Shown here: piece after piece, positions 46,100-55,151 of the stretch
How positions within the stretch are numbered: position 1 is the stretch's first letter
Layout: every line of letters begins with the position of its first letter
NCBI GenBank assembly: GCA_963768655.1
Contig: CAVYIM010000004.1
Coordinates: 736,001-800,000, forward strand
Direction of reading: 5' to 3'
Length of the DNA stretch: 64,000 bases
DNA from: an uncultured Chloroflexia bacterium
Lineage (GTDB): Bacteria > Chloroflexota > Limnocylindria > Limnocylindrales > CSP1-4
Notes under the pieces: generated by a model
What the model was told of the DNA's origin: nothing
Databases searched by the model: none
Seen by the model: only the letters and a program-made list of their open reading frames with translations
Program-made: the position numbers and the translations under genes

Positions 46100-46813
46100 T
46101 TACTCCACGTCTTCGAGCCGGTAGCCCACGCCGCGGACCGAGGCCGGCACCGGCGCGCCGGACTCCTCCAGCTTGGAGCGCAGGCGTGCCAGATGAGGTT
46201 TGAGCCACTGCGGATCGGGGTTCGGCTCACCGGGCCAGCCCGCGGCGAGCAGCGAGCTGTGCGAGACCACGTGGCCGGCCGCGGCGACGAGCGAGGCGAG
46301 CAGGCTGTACTCGGTGCGGGTCAGGACGAGCTCCGCGCCGGCGACGGAGGCTGTGTGGCGGCCGCGGTCGAGGACGATCGAGCCCCACCGCAGCTCCCCG
46401 GCGCCGCGTGGCTCCGCCTCGTTGCCGCGTCGGCGCATCACGGCCCGGATGCGGGCCAGCAGCTCCTGCTTGCCGAACGGCTTGACCACGTAGTCGTCCG
46501 CGCCCGTGTCCAGCGCCTCGACCTTGGCGCGCTCGTCGGCCTCGCCCGTGAGGACGATGATCGGCGTCTGCGACATGCGCCGGATAGCGCGGCAGACCTC
46601 GACGCCGTCGAGCCCGGGCATGGCCAGGTCCAACAGCACCAGGTCCGGGCGTTCCTCGGAGAAGCGGCGCAGCGCGGCGTTGCCGTCGTACGCGGTGACG
46701 ACGCGATGTCCGGCGCGACCGACCAGGGCCGACACGGCGCCCACCATGGCCGGCTCGTCGTCGACGACGAGGATCAGCAGGCTCGCCTCCGTCACCGGAC
46801 CCGTGGTGCTCAA
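46100..46813 (-). CDS. OmpR-family response regulator (KdpE/PhoB-like)
   Basis: LVVDDE, VLLDLAMP (Asp intact), GADDYVVKPF, LTRTEY, LARLRSKL, VRGVGY. Confidence 0.92.
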   Translation of the reverse strand: MSTTGPVTEASLLILVVDDEPAMVGAVSALVGRAGHRVVTAYDGNAALRRFSEERPDLVLLDLAMPGLDGVEVCRAIRRMSQTPIIVLTGEADERAKVEALDTGADDYVVKPFGKQELLARIRAVMRRRGNEAEPRGAGELRWGSIVLDRGRHTASVAGAELVLTRTEYSLLASLVAAAGHVVSHSSLLAAGWPGEPNPDPQWLKPHLARLRSKLEESGAPVPASVRGVGYRLEDVE

Positions 46814-46861
46814 CTTGTGGCCTCCGCTCCAATCTGCGCTGACGCGCTGAGCTGCCCTTCG

Positions 46862-48292
46862 CTACCCGTCCGAGCCGGCCTCGGACATGACGCCGGCCTC
46901 GGGGCCGTCGCCGTCCCCCGAAGTGTCGCGCATCTCGGGCACCGCAACCATAAAGCGACTGCCGCCGTACCCATTTGATTCCAACCAGACACGTCCGCCC
47001 ATAGCGTTCATGAGCCGCCGGGCCGCGTAGAGCCCGATTCCGGAGCCTCTCGGTCGCGTCGCCGTCCGGACATACGCGTCGAAGACCGACTGCCATTCGG
47101 CCTCGGGGATCCCGGGCCCGTCGTCGGTGACGTAGATCCTGACTTCGCCATCCCCTCGCGATGCCCCGACGCTGACCGACCCGCCGTCGGGCGAATACTT
47201 CACCTCGTTCTCCAGCAGATGCTCCAGGACCTGGCGGAAGCGCCCCTCGTCGCCCACGCCCATCAGCTCCTCCCAGGTGCCGGTGCGGCGCAGCGGATGC
47301 TCTCGCAGCAGCGGCGACATCTCGCCGATCGTGTCGTTCACGGCGCGAGCGACGTCGAACGGGAGCCGCGCCAGACCCGCCGCCAGTCCCTCGCCGCGGA
47401 CCGATGCCAGGATCGAATCCACCAGCCGATCCAGGCGCGTCACCTGCCCGATCGCCTGGCTGCGCCACTCTTCGACGAGCGTCGGGTCGGGCCCGGCGCC
47501 GCTGCCCGCAGCGTCGGCGGCCGCGTCCGACAGCAGATCCACATACGCCCGCACGACCGCCAGCGGCGTCCGCAGCTCGTGCGTCACGACCGCCAGCAGC
47601 TCGGCCCGGGCGCCGTCGAGAGCCGTGAGGGTCTGGAGCTGCTCTTCCGCCTCGGCCTGGAGCCGCCCTTTCTCGACGATGCCGCCCAGGAGCGCCCCGA
47701 TCGTGACCAGGAACTCGACCTCCTCCGGGGAGAAGAGGCGGGTTTCGATCGCCTGGACGTTGATGACGCCGATGATCGTGTCGTTCCACGGCAGCGGCAC
47801 CGAGAGCATCGAGACGAACTGCGACTGGTCGAAGCCGGGCACCCACTTGAAGCGCGGATCGACCCGAACGTCGGGCGAGGCGACCGGCCGGCCGAGCATC
47901 GCGGCGCGACCCGTCAGGCCTTCGCCCAGGCCCAGCGTGACGCGTCCGATCTGATCGCGGTCGAGGCCGTTCGTGGCGGCCAGCCGAAGGCACGACTCGT
48001 CGCGCTCCATGAGGTAGACGGAGCAGACCTCGACGTCCAGGGCGGTCGTGGTTCGATCCACGATCGTCCGCATCAGCTCGTCCCAGTTGCGCGCCGTGGT
48101 GAGCAGCTTGGCGAACTCGTGCAGGAACTCGAGCTCGCGCAGCTTGCGCTCGGCGTCGAACGGCGCGTCGACCTTCGGGCCCGAGAGTCCGGTCGAGCCC
48201 GGAGGTCCTTCCGGCTCGAGTCCCTGAGCAGTGGCAGGTGCGGGCTCGGGTCGCGGGCCGCGCTCGCTTTGCTCGCCTTCGGGCCCGTTCAT
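46862..48292 (-). CDS. soluble GAF-domain sensor histidine kinase
   Basis: GAF (EVCSVYL...ATNGL...GEGLTG...PRFK), THELRTPL, LLENEVKYS, DDGPGI, GSGIGL; no TM segment; 2-nt gap after argG. Confidence 0.9.
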   Translation of the reverse strand: MNGPEGEQSERGPRPEPAPATAQGLEPEGPPGSTGLSGPKVDAPFDAERKLRELEFLHEFAKLLTTARNWDELMRTIVDRTTTALDVEVCSVYLMERDESCLRLAATNGLDRDQIGRVTLGLGEGLTGRAAMLGRPVASPDVRVDPRFKWVPGFDQSQFVSMLSVPLPWNDTIIGVINVQAIETRLFSPEEVEFLVTIGALLGGIVEKGRLQAEAEEQLQTLTALDGARAELLAVVTHELRTPLAVVRAYVDLLSDAAADAAGSGAGPDPTLVEEWRSQAIGQVTRLDRLVDSILASVRGEGLAAGLARLPFDVARAVNDTIGEMSPLLREHPLRRTGTWEELMGVGDEGRFRQVLEHLLENEVKYSPDGGSVSVGASRGDGEVRIYVTDDGPGIPEAEWQSVFDAYVRTATRPRGSGIGLYAARRLMNAMGGRVWLESNGYGGSRFMVAVPEMRDTSGDGDGPEAGVMSEAGSDG

Positions 48293-48294
48293 CG

Positions 48295-49581
48295 CTACCT
48301 CGCGGCCGTGGCCGGCGCGTCGTAGACCTTCGTCGGCAGCTCGGCGAGCAGCGGCTCGGTCCACGTCCAGGCCGCGCCGTAGTGGCGACCCACGGCCCCG
48401 TGCCGGGCCGCCTCCGTCCGCAGCGGAAGCCCGAAGATCTCGATGAACCCGACGGCGCTGGCGTGGTCGAAGGCATCGTCCGCGTCGTACGTCGCCAGAG
48501 CCTTGTCGTACAGGGAGAGCGGGCTGCGCCGGCCGACCACGATGGCGTTGCCGTGGTCGAGCCGGACCCGGACGTCGCCGCTGACGACGCGCTGGCTGCT
48601 GGCGGCGTAGCCGCGCAGGTCGCGGTGCAGGGCGCTGAACCACAGCCCGTCGTAGGTGAGCTGGGCCAGCTCGTCGGCCACCGTGCGATTGAAGCGGAGC
48701 GTGTCCTTGGTGAGAGTCAGCCCCTCCAGGGCGCGGTGGGCCCGGTGGATGACCGTCGCGGCGGGCGCCTCGTAGATCTCGCGGCTCTTGATGCCGACCA
48801 GGCGGTCCTCGACGTGGTCCACGCGACCGACGCCGTGGGCGCAGGCGAGGTCGTGCAGCTTCTCGACCAGCACGACCGGATCGAGCCGCTCGCCGTCGAG
48901 AGACACGGGGACGCCGCCCTCGAAGCCGATCACGATCTCGACCGGATCGGGCGCCGCCTCAGGGTCGACGGTCCAGCGGTAGACGTCCGCTCGTGGCGCC
49001 GTCCAGGGATCCTCGAGGATGCCGGCTTCGATGGAGCGACCCCACAGGTTCACGTCGATCGAGTAGATCGAGTCCTTCGTGATGGTGATCTCGATGTTGC
49101 GGGCCTTCGCGTACTCGATCTCCTGCTCGCGGGACAGACCCATGCCGACGCGCATCGGGGCGATGACGGCCAGCGATGGATCGAGGGCGTGCGTCGCGAC
49201 ATCGAAGCGGACCTGGTCGTTGCCCTTGCCGGTGCAGCCGTGGGCGACCGCGTCGGCCCCTTCCTTGTGAGCGACCTCGACCAGGAGCTGGGCGATCATC
49301 GGCCGGGCCATGGCAGTGGCCAGGGGATACACGCCCTGGTAGAGCGCCCCGGCCTGGACGTGGGGCCAGCAGAAGTCGCGCACGAAGCGCTCGCGGCCGT
49401 CGACGACGTAGGCCCGGCTGGCGCCGGCGCTGATGGCCCGGCGATCGACGTCCTCCTTGAGCACGCCGCCGCCGAGATCGACGGTCAGAGTGACCACCTC
49501 GACGTTGTACTGCTCGCGCAGCCAGGCGACGGCGACCGAGGTGTCGAGTCCACCGGAATAGGCGAGCACCACCTTGTTCAT
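48295..49581 (-). CDS. argG: argininosuccinate synthase
   Basis: VVLAYSGGLDTS, HGCTGKGNDQVRF, RLVGIKSREIYEAP. Confidence 0.96.
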   Translation of the reverse strand: MNKVVLAYSGGLDTSVAVAWLREQYNVEVVTLTVDLGGGVLKEDVDRRAISAGASRAYVVDGRERFVRDFCWPHVQAGALYQGVYPLATAMARPMIAQLLVEVAHKEGADAVAHGCTGKGNDQVRFDVATHALDPSLAVIAPMRVGMGLSREQEIEYAKARNIEITITKDSIYSIDVNLWGRSIEAGILEDPWTAPRADVYRWTVDPEAAPDPVEIVIGFEGGVPVSLDGERLDPVVLVEKLHDLACAHGVGRVDHVEDRLVGIKSREIYEAPAATVIHRAHRALEGLTLTKDTLRFNRTVADELAQLTYDGLWFSALHRDLRGYAASSQRVVSGDVRVRLDHGNAIVVGRRSPLSLYDKALATYDADDAFDHASAVGFIEIFGLPLRTEAARHGAVGRHYGAAWTWTEPLLAELPTKVYDAPATAAR

Positions 49582-50120
49582 CGAGGAGCCTCCGAGTGAA
49601 CGAACAGTCGTGCGTTCGGCCCGGCCGACGCGTCCGACGATTGGAATGTCCCGAAGCGGATCAGCCACCGCTCGAGGGCGGCTTCGGTCTCGAACAGGAC
49701 CAGCACGGTGTTGTCGCCCGCAAGGGTGCCGACCTGATCGGCCAGGCTCGACTGATCGATCGCCTGGGCGATCGCGCCGGCCGACCCGGGCGTCGCCACG
49801 AGCACCAGGCTCAGGCCGCTGCGACCTATCTGGACGGGGATGTCAGCGAGCAGCCTGCGGAGCCGGGCGTCGTAGGCGTTTCCCGTGGCGGCCGTCTCCG
49901 GAGTAGCGTAGACGTGGCGGTCGCCGCGCGGCACCTTCACCAGGCCCATCTCCGCGGCGTCTCGGCTGACCGTCGCCTGGGTGACCTCGAAGCCTCTCTC
50001 GCGGAGAAGCTCGACCAGCTCCTCCTGGCTCCCGATCGGCGAATGCGAGATCAGATCGAGCAGGGCGCGCTGCCGGCGCTGCTTGACGTTCGGCTGGCTG
50101 CCGTTGATGGCCATGATCAC
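49578..50120 (-). CDS. argR: arginine repressor
   Basis: SQEELV..L...G..VTQATVSRD, TPGSA, GTLAGD. Confidence 0.93.
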   Translation of the reverse strand: MIMAINGSQPNVKQRRQRALLDLISHSPIGSQEELVELLRERGFEVTQATVSRDAAEMGLVKVPRGDRHVYATPETAATGNAYDARLRRLLADIPVQIGRSGLSLVLVATPGSAGAIAQAIDQSSLADQVGTLAGDNTVLVLFETEAALERWLIRFGTFQSSDASAGPNARLFVHSEAPR

Positions 50121-50129
50121 GATCCGATC

Positions 50130-50951
50130 TCAGGCCGTCGCGGGGGTTTCGGTGGCGGCGGGCGCCGCGGGCGCTGCCAGAGTGGCATGCCCCGCCGTGA
50201 TGCGCGTGCCGAACGCCGCATCGTGCAGTGCCCGGCTCAGGGCGTGCGGATCGCCGGAATCGCAGATGACGGCCTCGGCTCCGGGCCAGCTCACGGCCTG
50301 GAGCGCGGCCCTGATCTTGGGCACCATGCCGCCCTTGATCACGCCGTCGGCGATGAGCTGCTCGGCTTCGTCCGCGGTCATGGTGGCGAGCTTCCGACCC
50401 GCCGCGTCACGGATGCCGTCGACATCGGTCATCAGCACCAGCTGGCGGGCGCCCAGGCCGGCGGCTATCCCGGCTGCGGCGTCGTCGGCGTTGACGTTGC
50501 AGACGATGCCCTGCTCGTCGCGGGCGAGTGGAGCGACGACGGCCACCTCTCCGGCCACGAGCAGCGCGTCCAGGAAGTCGCGCCGCAGCCCCACGACATG
50601 GGCCACGAGCCCCAGGCCGGGCACGCGTTCGGCGATCATCAGGCCGCCGTCGACGCCCGAAAGGCCCACGGCGTCCACGCCGCGGTCGCGCAGGTCCGAA
50701 ACGAGCTCCGAATTCACGACGCCCCGGAGCACGGCCGCGGCGACGTCCAGCGCCGCCTGGTCCGTGACCCGGAGGCCGCCCTCGAAGCGGCTGGGCACGC
50801 CCAGGCGCTCGAGCCATTCGGTGATCCGCTTTCCGCCGCCGTGGACGAGCACGACCGGCCGCTCGCGCGCGACCGAGGCGACCTCGTCGAGGACGTGCGC
50901 CTGGTCGGCCAGCGTCGTGCCGCCGAGCTTGAGGACGAGGACTTCGCTCAC
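50130..50951 (-). CDS. argB: acetylglutamate kinase
   Basis: VLKLGG, VHGGG, GLRVTD, NVNADD, MTDVDG, GGMVPK. Confidence 0.93.
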   Translation of the reverse strand: MSEVLVLKLGGTTLADQAHVLDEVASVARERPVVLVHGGGKRITEWLERLGVPSRFEGGLRVTDQAALDVAAAVLRGVVNSELVSDLRDRGVDAVGLSGVDGGLMIAERVPGLGLVAHVVGLRRDFLDALLVAGEVAVVAPLARDEQGIVCNVNADDAAAGIAAGLGARQLVLMTDVDGIRDAAGRKLATMTADEAEQLIADGVIKGGMVPKIRAALQAVSWPGAEAVICDSGDPHALSRALHDAAFGTRITAGHATLAAPAAPAATETPATA

Positions 50952-52387
50952 GTGGTGTACTCCGCGTTCTCGATGACGTAACCCTCGGTCAGGTCGCAGC
51001 CGAATGCCTCGCCGGATCCCTTGCCCAGGCCGAGGTCCAGGCGGATGAGCACCTCCGGCGCGTCCATCGCCTTTCGAACGGCCTCGCGGTCGAAGGGGAG
51101 GGGAGCGCCGGCGGCGAAGACCAGGCACCCGGCAATGCCGATGCTCAGCCGCTCCAGGTCGAACTCGGGTCCGCGGCCGGCGCGCGGCATGGCCTCGGTG
51201 TGGTGCAGGCCGGCCGCCTCGAGGAGCTCCTCGTCGGGCAGGCGGGCGTTTCCGGCGGCGCTGGCCACGCGTCCCCAGTTCGGGTCGCGGCCGTGGACAG
51301 CGGCCTTGAGGAGGCTGCTGGCGACGACGGAGCGGGCGACCGCCCGGGCGTCGTGATCGTCGACGGCGCCGCTGACCTGGCACGTGATGAGGGTCGAGGC
51401 GCCCTCACCGTCGGCGGCCTGCTGGCGCGCCAGGGATCGCGCCACTGCTTCGATCGCCGCGCCGAGCGCGGCGGCTTCGGGGCTGGCCGTTGCCACGGGC
51501 CTCGCTCGGGCCGCGCCCGACGCGAGCAGGAAGACGGTGTCGTTGGTGCTCGTGTCGCCGTCGACGCTCAGTTGATTCCACGTCCGCTGGACTATTGGAG
51601 TGAGCAGCCCGAAGAGCGTGTCCGGCGCGGCTGTCGCGTCGGTCAGGATGACGCCCAGCATCGTGGCCATGCGGGGGTGGATCATCCCCACGCCCTTGGC
51701 GATGCCGGAGACGGTCACCCGTACCGGCGAGCCATCCGGGCCGGGCAACTCGACGCAGGCCGTGGCGAGCTTGATCTTCGTGTCGGTGGTCATCATCGCC
51801 CCCGCCACGGCCGCGAGGGCTTCGGCTGTCGCGGCGAGCTGCGGGACCAGCCGCGCGATCCCGTCGCGGATCTTCACCGTGGGCAGCCGTACGCCGATGA
51901 CGCCAGTGGAGAGTGCAAGGGTCCGTTCGGCTCGCGTCCCGAGCGCGGCAGCGACCGCCTTGCAGACCTCGGCTTGATCGGTGTCTCCTTCCACGCCCGT
52001 GGCCGCGTTCGCTGCGCCGGCCGTCACGACGATCGCGTCCGCCCAGCCGAATCGGCCGCCGCCGCCGATCTCGGTGGCGTTGAGGTGGGCCTGAGAGACG
52101 CGGATGGGAGCCGCCACGACCTGGTTGCGGGTGAAGACGGCGGCCGCGGCCGCGGGCCCGCGGAGAGTGGCGATTATTCCCAGATCCGGGCGCCCCGAGG
52201 CCTTGATGCCGGCGGCCGCGGCGCCGGCCCGGAAGCCGCCGGGCAGCACGGCCCGCTCTTCGATCGGCGGCAGCGCGACAGGAAGAGCCTCGAGAGCGGC
52301 GAGGTGGCCGTCTCCGGTGGCGCTGGACACGGCGCCGGACACCGGGCCGCCAACCGGGGCCGAAGGATCGAGTGCTCCGGGTTGCAT
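50948..52387 (-). CDS. argJ: ornithine acetyltransferase
   Basis: GIKASGRPDL, STGVIG, MTTDT, KGVGMIHPRMATML, DGDTSTND, DGEGAS, DPNWGR, GCDLTEGYV.ENAEYTT. Confidence 0.95.
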   Translation of the reverse strand: MQPGALDPSAPVGGPVSGAVSSATGDGHLAALEALPVALPPIEERAVLPGGFRAGAAAAGIKASGRPDLGIIATLRGPAAAAAVFTRNQVVAAPIRVSQAHLNATEIGGGGRFGWADAIVVTAGAANAATGVEGDTDQAEVCKAVAAALGTRAERTLALSTGVIGVRLPTVKIRDGIARLVPQLAATAEALAAVAGAMMTTDTKIKLATACVELPGPDGSPVRVTVSGIAKGVGMIHPRMATMLGVILTDATAAPDTLFGLLTPIVQRTWNQLSVDGDTSTNDTVFLLASGAARARPVATASPEAAALGAAIEAVARSLARQQAADGEGASTLITCQVSGAVDDHDARAVARSVVASSLLKAAVHGRDPNWGRVASAAGNARLPDEELLEAAGLHHTEAMPRAGRGPEFDLERLSIGIAGCLVFAAGAPLPFDREAVRKAMDAPEVLIRLDLGLGKGSGEAFGCDLTEGYVIENAEYTT

Positions 52388-52427
52388 GGGCTGTAGCTTC
52401 CTTACGCTCGGCGCGGCTGCGGCGTGG

Positions 52428-53597
52428 CTAGGGTGCGATCGGGTACTGTTCGAGCCCCGTTGTCTCGGGCAGGCCGAAGAGGACGTTGAGGGCCTGGACC
52501 GCCTGCCCGGCCGCCCCCTTGACCAGGTTGTCGATGACGCCCAGCGCCAGGATGCGGCCGCTGCGCGGATCGACCCGGCACCACACCCGGCACATGTTGC
52601 TGCCATAGACGTGCTTGGTGGCCGGCGGATCGGTGACGACCTGGACGAACGGCTCGTCGCGATAGGCCTCCGCGTACAGCGCGTCCAGCTCCGCCTGGGT
52701 GACGGGGCGGGTCGGCCGCACATGGCAGCTGACGAGGATTCCACGCGTCATCGGAATGAGGTGCGGCAGGAAATCAACCACGGCTACGCCCGGGTTGGCG
52801 TCGCGGCTGCCGAGCGCGCCGCGCTCTCCCTGCTGCTGGAGCTCCTGCTCCATCTCGGCGGTGTGGCGGTGGGTGAACATGCCGTAGGCCTTGACGCTCT
52901 CGTTGATCTCGGAGAAGAGCAGATCGGGCTTGGGCTCGCGGCCCGCCCCCGACACCCCGCTCTTGGCATCGACTGCGAGATCGCCGATCAGCCCGGCCCG
53001 GGCCAGCGGGGCGAGGGTCAGGATCGTCGCGGTCGGGTAGCAGCCGGGCAGCCCGATGACGCTCGAATTCTGCTCGGCGGCGGCGCGGATCTCCTCCCGG
53101 TGCAACTCCGGGAGGCCGTATACGGCCCGAGCCAGGAGCTCGGGCGCTGGATGGTCGAGCTTGTACCAGCGCGGATAGTCGGCCGGATCGTGGAGCCGGA
53201 AGTCCGGCCCGACGTCCAGCAGGGCGGAGCCGCGGGCCGTGATCTCGGCGGCCATCTCGGCGGCCACGCCGTGCGGCAGCGCTGTGAAGATGGCGTCGGC
53301 CTCGGGCATGGCCGCATCGATGACCAGGCCCGATGCGGCGAGGTGCGGATGAGACTCCGCGATCGAGACGTTGTCGCGGTTGCGGCCGTACAGGCCTGCC
53401 AGCCGGACGCGCGGGTGGTTCAGCAGCAGCCGAACCAGCTCGCCGCCTGCATAGCCGGTGGCGCCGACGATGCCGACGGTGATCGTCCGGCTGCCCTGTC
53501 GAGCGCGGACCGTGCGAGCCCCCAGCGAGGCAGGCGCAGGCTTCTTCCCGGAGCTGGCTGTCGAAACGCCGTCGGGCGTGGGTCTGGTGGAGGTCAT
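52428..53597 (-). CDS. argC: N-acetyl-gamma-glutamyl-phosphate reductase
   Basis: GATGYAG, ALPHG, DFRL, YGLPE, PGCYPT, SGVSGAGR, HRH..E, DNLVKGAAGQA. Confidence 0.95.
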   Translation of the reverse strand: MTSTRPTPDGVSTASSGKKPAPASLGARTVRARQGSRTITVGIVGATGYAGGELVRLLLNHPRVRLAGLYGRNRDNVSIAESHPHLAASGLVIDAAMPEADAIFTALPHGVAAEMAAEITARGSALLDVGPDFRLHDPADYPRWYKLDHPAPELLARAVYGLPELHREEIRAAAEQNSSVIGLPGCYPTATILTLAPLARAGLIGDLAVDAKSGVSGAGREPKPDLLFSEINESVKAYGMFTHRHTAEMEQELQQQGERGALGSRDANPGVAVVDFLPHLIPMTRGILVSCHVRPTRPVTQAELDALYAEAYRDEPFVQVVTDPPATKHVYGSNMCRVWCRVDPRSGRILALGVIDNLVKGAAGQAVQALNVLFGLPETTGLEQYPIAP

Positions 53598-53636
53598 GGC
53601 GCATGAGTATACGGTTCAGTGAATAGTCATGCAAGC
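53598..53636 (-). promoter_or_regulatory. argC promoter overlapped by tandem ARG boxes
   Basis: Minus strand TTGCAT-N17-TATACT; boxes TGCATGACTATTCA and CGTATACTCATGCG; ATG 8 nt after the -10 (leaderless). Confidence 0.85.
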
Positions 53637-53706
53637 TCGGCGCTCGGCGCTCGCGGCACCGCCACCCGCCCGCGACCCGCCGCCCGCGGCCCACGACCGG
53701 CGCCGA

Positions 53707-54381
53707 TCAGATGTAGCCGGCCGCGACCAGAATGATGCCCGCGACCATGAACCAGTGGAGCAGCCAGCCCCAGACGAACGAGCGCGTGCGCCAGGCCAGG
53801 ATGCCGAAGAAGACGCCCCCCGCGATCGTCGACAGCACCTCGAGCTCGGGCTTCCAGACATGCATCAGGGCGAACGGGATCATCTGCAGCCAGATCGCGT
53901 CGGTGCCGTACCTGGGCCGGAAGGATCCCAGCAGCCAACCCCGGAAGAAGAACTCCCAGGCGAACATGTCGACGCCGGAGTCCAGGACGATCCGCCAGGC
54001 TGGTCTCTGCCCCGCGAGCAGTGTGTAGAAGACGCGGAAGTCCGGCAATTGCCCCAGGATCGCGATGACGACCGACATGATGGCGATGCCGGCGATCGCC
54101 ACCGGCAACCCGAGCCTCCAGTCGCCCAGGACCATGCCGTAGCGACGCGGACTCTCGCGCCAGACCAGGACGATGACGGTCATCGGGACCAGCGCTTCGA
54201 GCACCAGGTGCGCGTACTCGGGCTGGCCGTAGGTGTTGTCGTACGCGACCAGCAGGACGAGCATGGCGGCCGTAATGGCCTGGACCATCCTGGCATCGAA
54301 GTCCACCCCCCAGATCCGCCAGGTCGTCCCGGCTCGGACTTCCGGCGTGGCTTCGTCCCCAGCCGAGGCTGCCTGAGACAC
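53707..54381 (-). CDS. CPBP/CAAX family intramembrane metalloprotease
   Basis: WEFFFRG, FALMH..KP..E, LLHW. Confidence 0.85.
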   Translation of the reverse strand: MSQAASAGDEATPEVRAGTTWRIWGVDFDARMVQAITAAMLVLLVAYDNTYGQPEYAHLVLEALVPMTVIVLVWRESPRRYGMVLGDWRLGLPVAIAGIAIMSVVIAILGQLPDFRVFYTLLAGQRPAWRIVLDSGVDMFAWEFFFRGWLLGSFRPRYGTDAIWLQMIPFALMHVWKPELEVLSTIAGGVFFGILAWRTRSFVWGWLLHWFMVAGIILVAAGYI

Positions 54382-54633
54382 CGACCATCCCTCCAGGGCT
54401 TGCGCACTCCTGGTCACTCGGTGGGCGGGCGCCTCAGCCGGGGCGGCGCGGTCGGAGCGTCCGCGTCGGCGGGGCGATGATATCAATCTGCGCCCGCCCG
54501 AAGCCCGGCCCGGGCCGGTTTGGGGGGCGCCGACCCCGGCCGTGGCGCGCCACCATCTGGCGCCGCGCCACGGCCAGCACGCCGCGGCCGGGCGCCGCGG
54601 CCCGCCGCCCAACGGCCGGCCGAAGCCAGTAGG

Positions 54634-55125
54634 TCAGACCGACAGCACGTCCTTCATCGGCCCGGTGACGACGACCTCGCCCGCCTCCTCGGCCGGCCCG
54701 TTCGCGGCCCCGGCCCCGCGCCGGATCTGGTAGCGATGGCTTATCCGGGCCACGCCGGAGGCGAACTGCGCGCTCACGGTGCAGTACTTCGTGGCCGACA
54801 GCTCGATGGAGCGCCGGACGGCCTCAGTCTCGACGTCGCCGTCTACGACGTGGAGGACGATCATGTCGGTGAAGACGTTGGGTGCTTTGTCGCGCTGGAC
54901 GCCGCTGACCTCGACGGTGTAGCCCGTGACGGCCTGCCGCTTCTTGGCCAGGATGTCGACGACGTCCATGGCCGTACAGCCGGCGATCGCCGCCAGCACG
55001 ACCTCGGTCGGGCGTGGCCCGGTATTGCCGGCCGCGTTGTCCATGACTATGTCGTGCCCGGAACCGGTGGCCGCCACGAACCGAAGGCCGCCCTCGTGCC
55101 GGAGGCTGATTCGCTTCTCGCCCAA
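54634..55125 (-). CDS. OsmC/YhfA family protein
   Basis: GPRPTE, AGCTAMDV, KYCTVS. Confidence 0.9.
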   Translation of the reverse strand: MGEKRISLRHEGGLRFVAATGSGHDIVMDNAAGNTGPRPTEVVLAAIAGCTAMDVVDILAKKRQAVTGYTVEVSGVQRDKAPNVFTDMIVLHVVDGDVETEAVRRSIELSATKYCTVSAQFASGVARISHRYQIRRGAGAANGPAEEAGEVVVTGPMKDVLSV

Positions 55126-55151
55126 TCCACGATCTCCTTGCTGCTTGGCCG

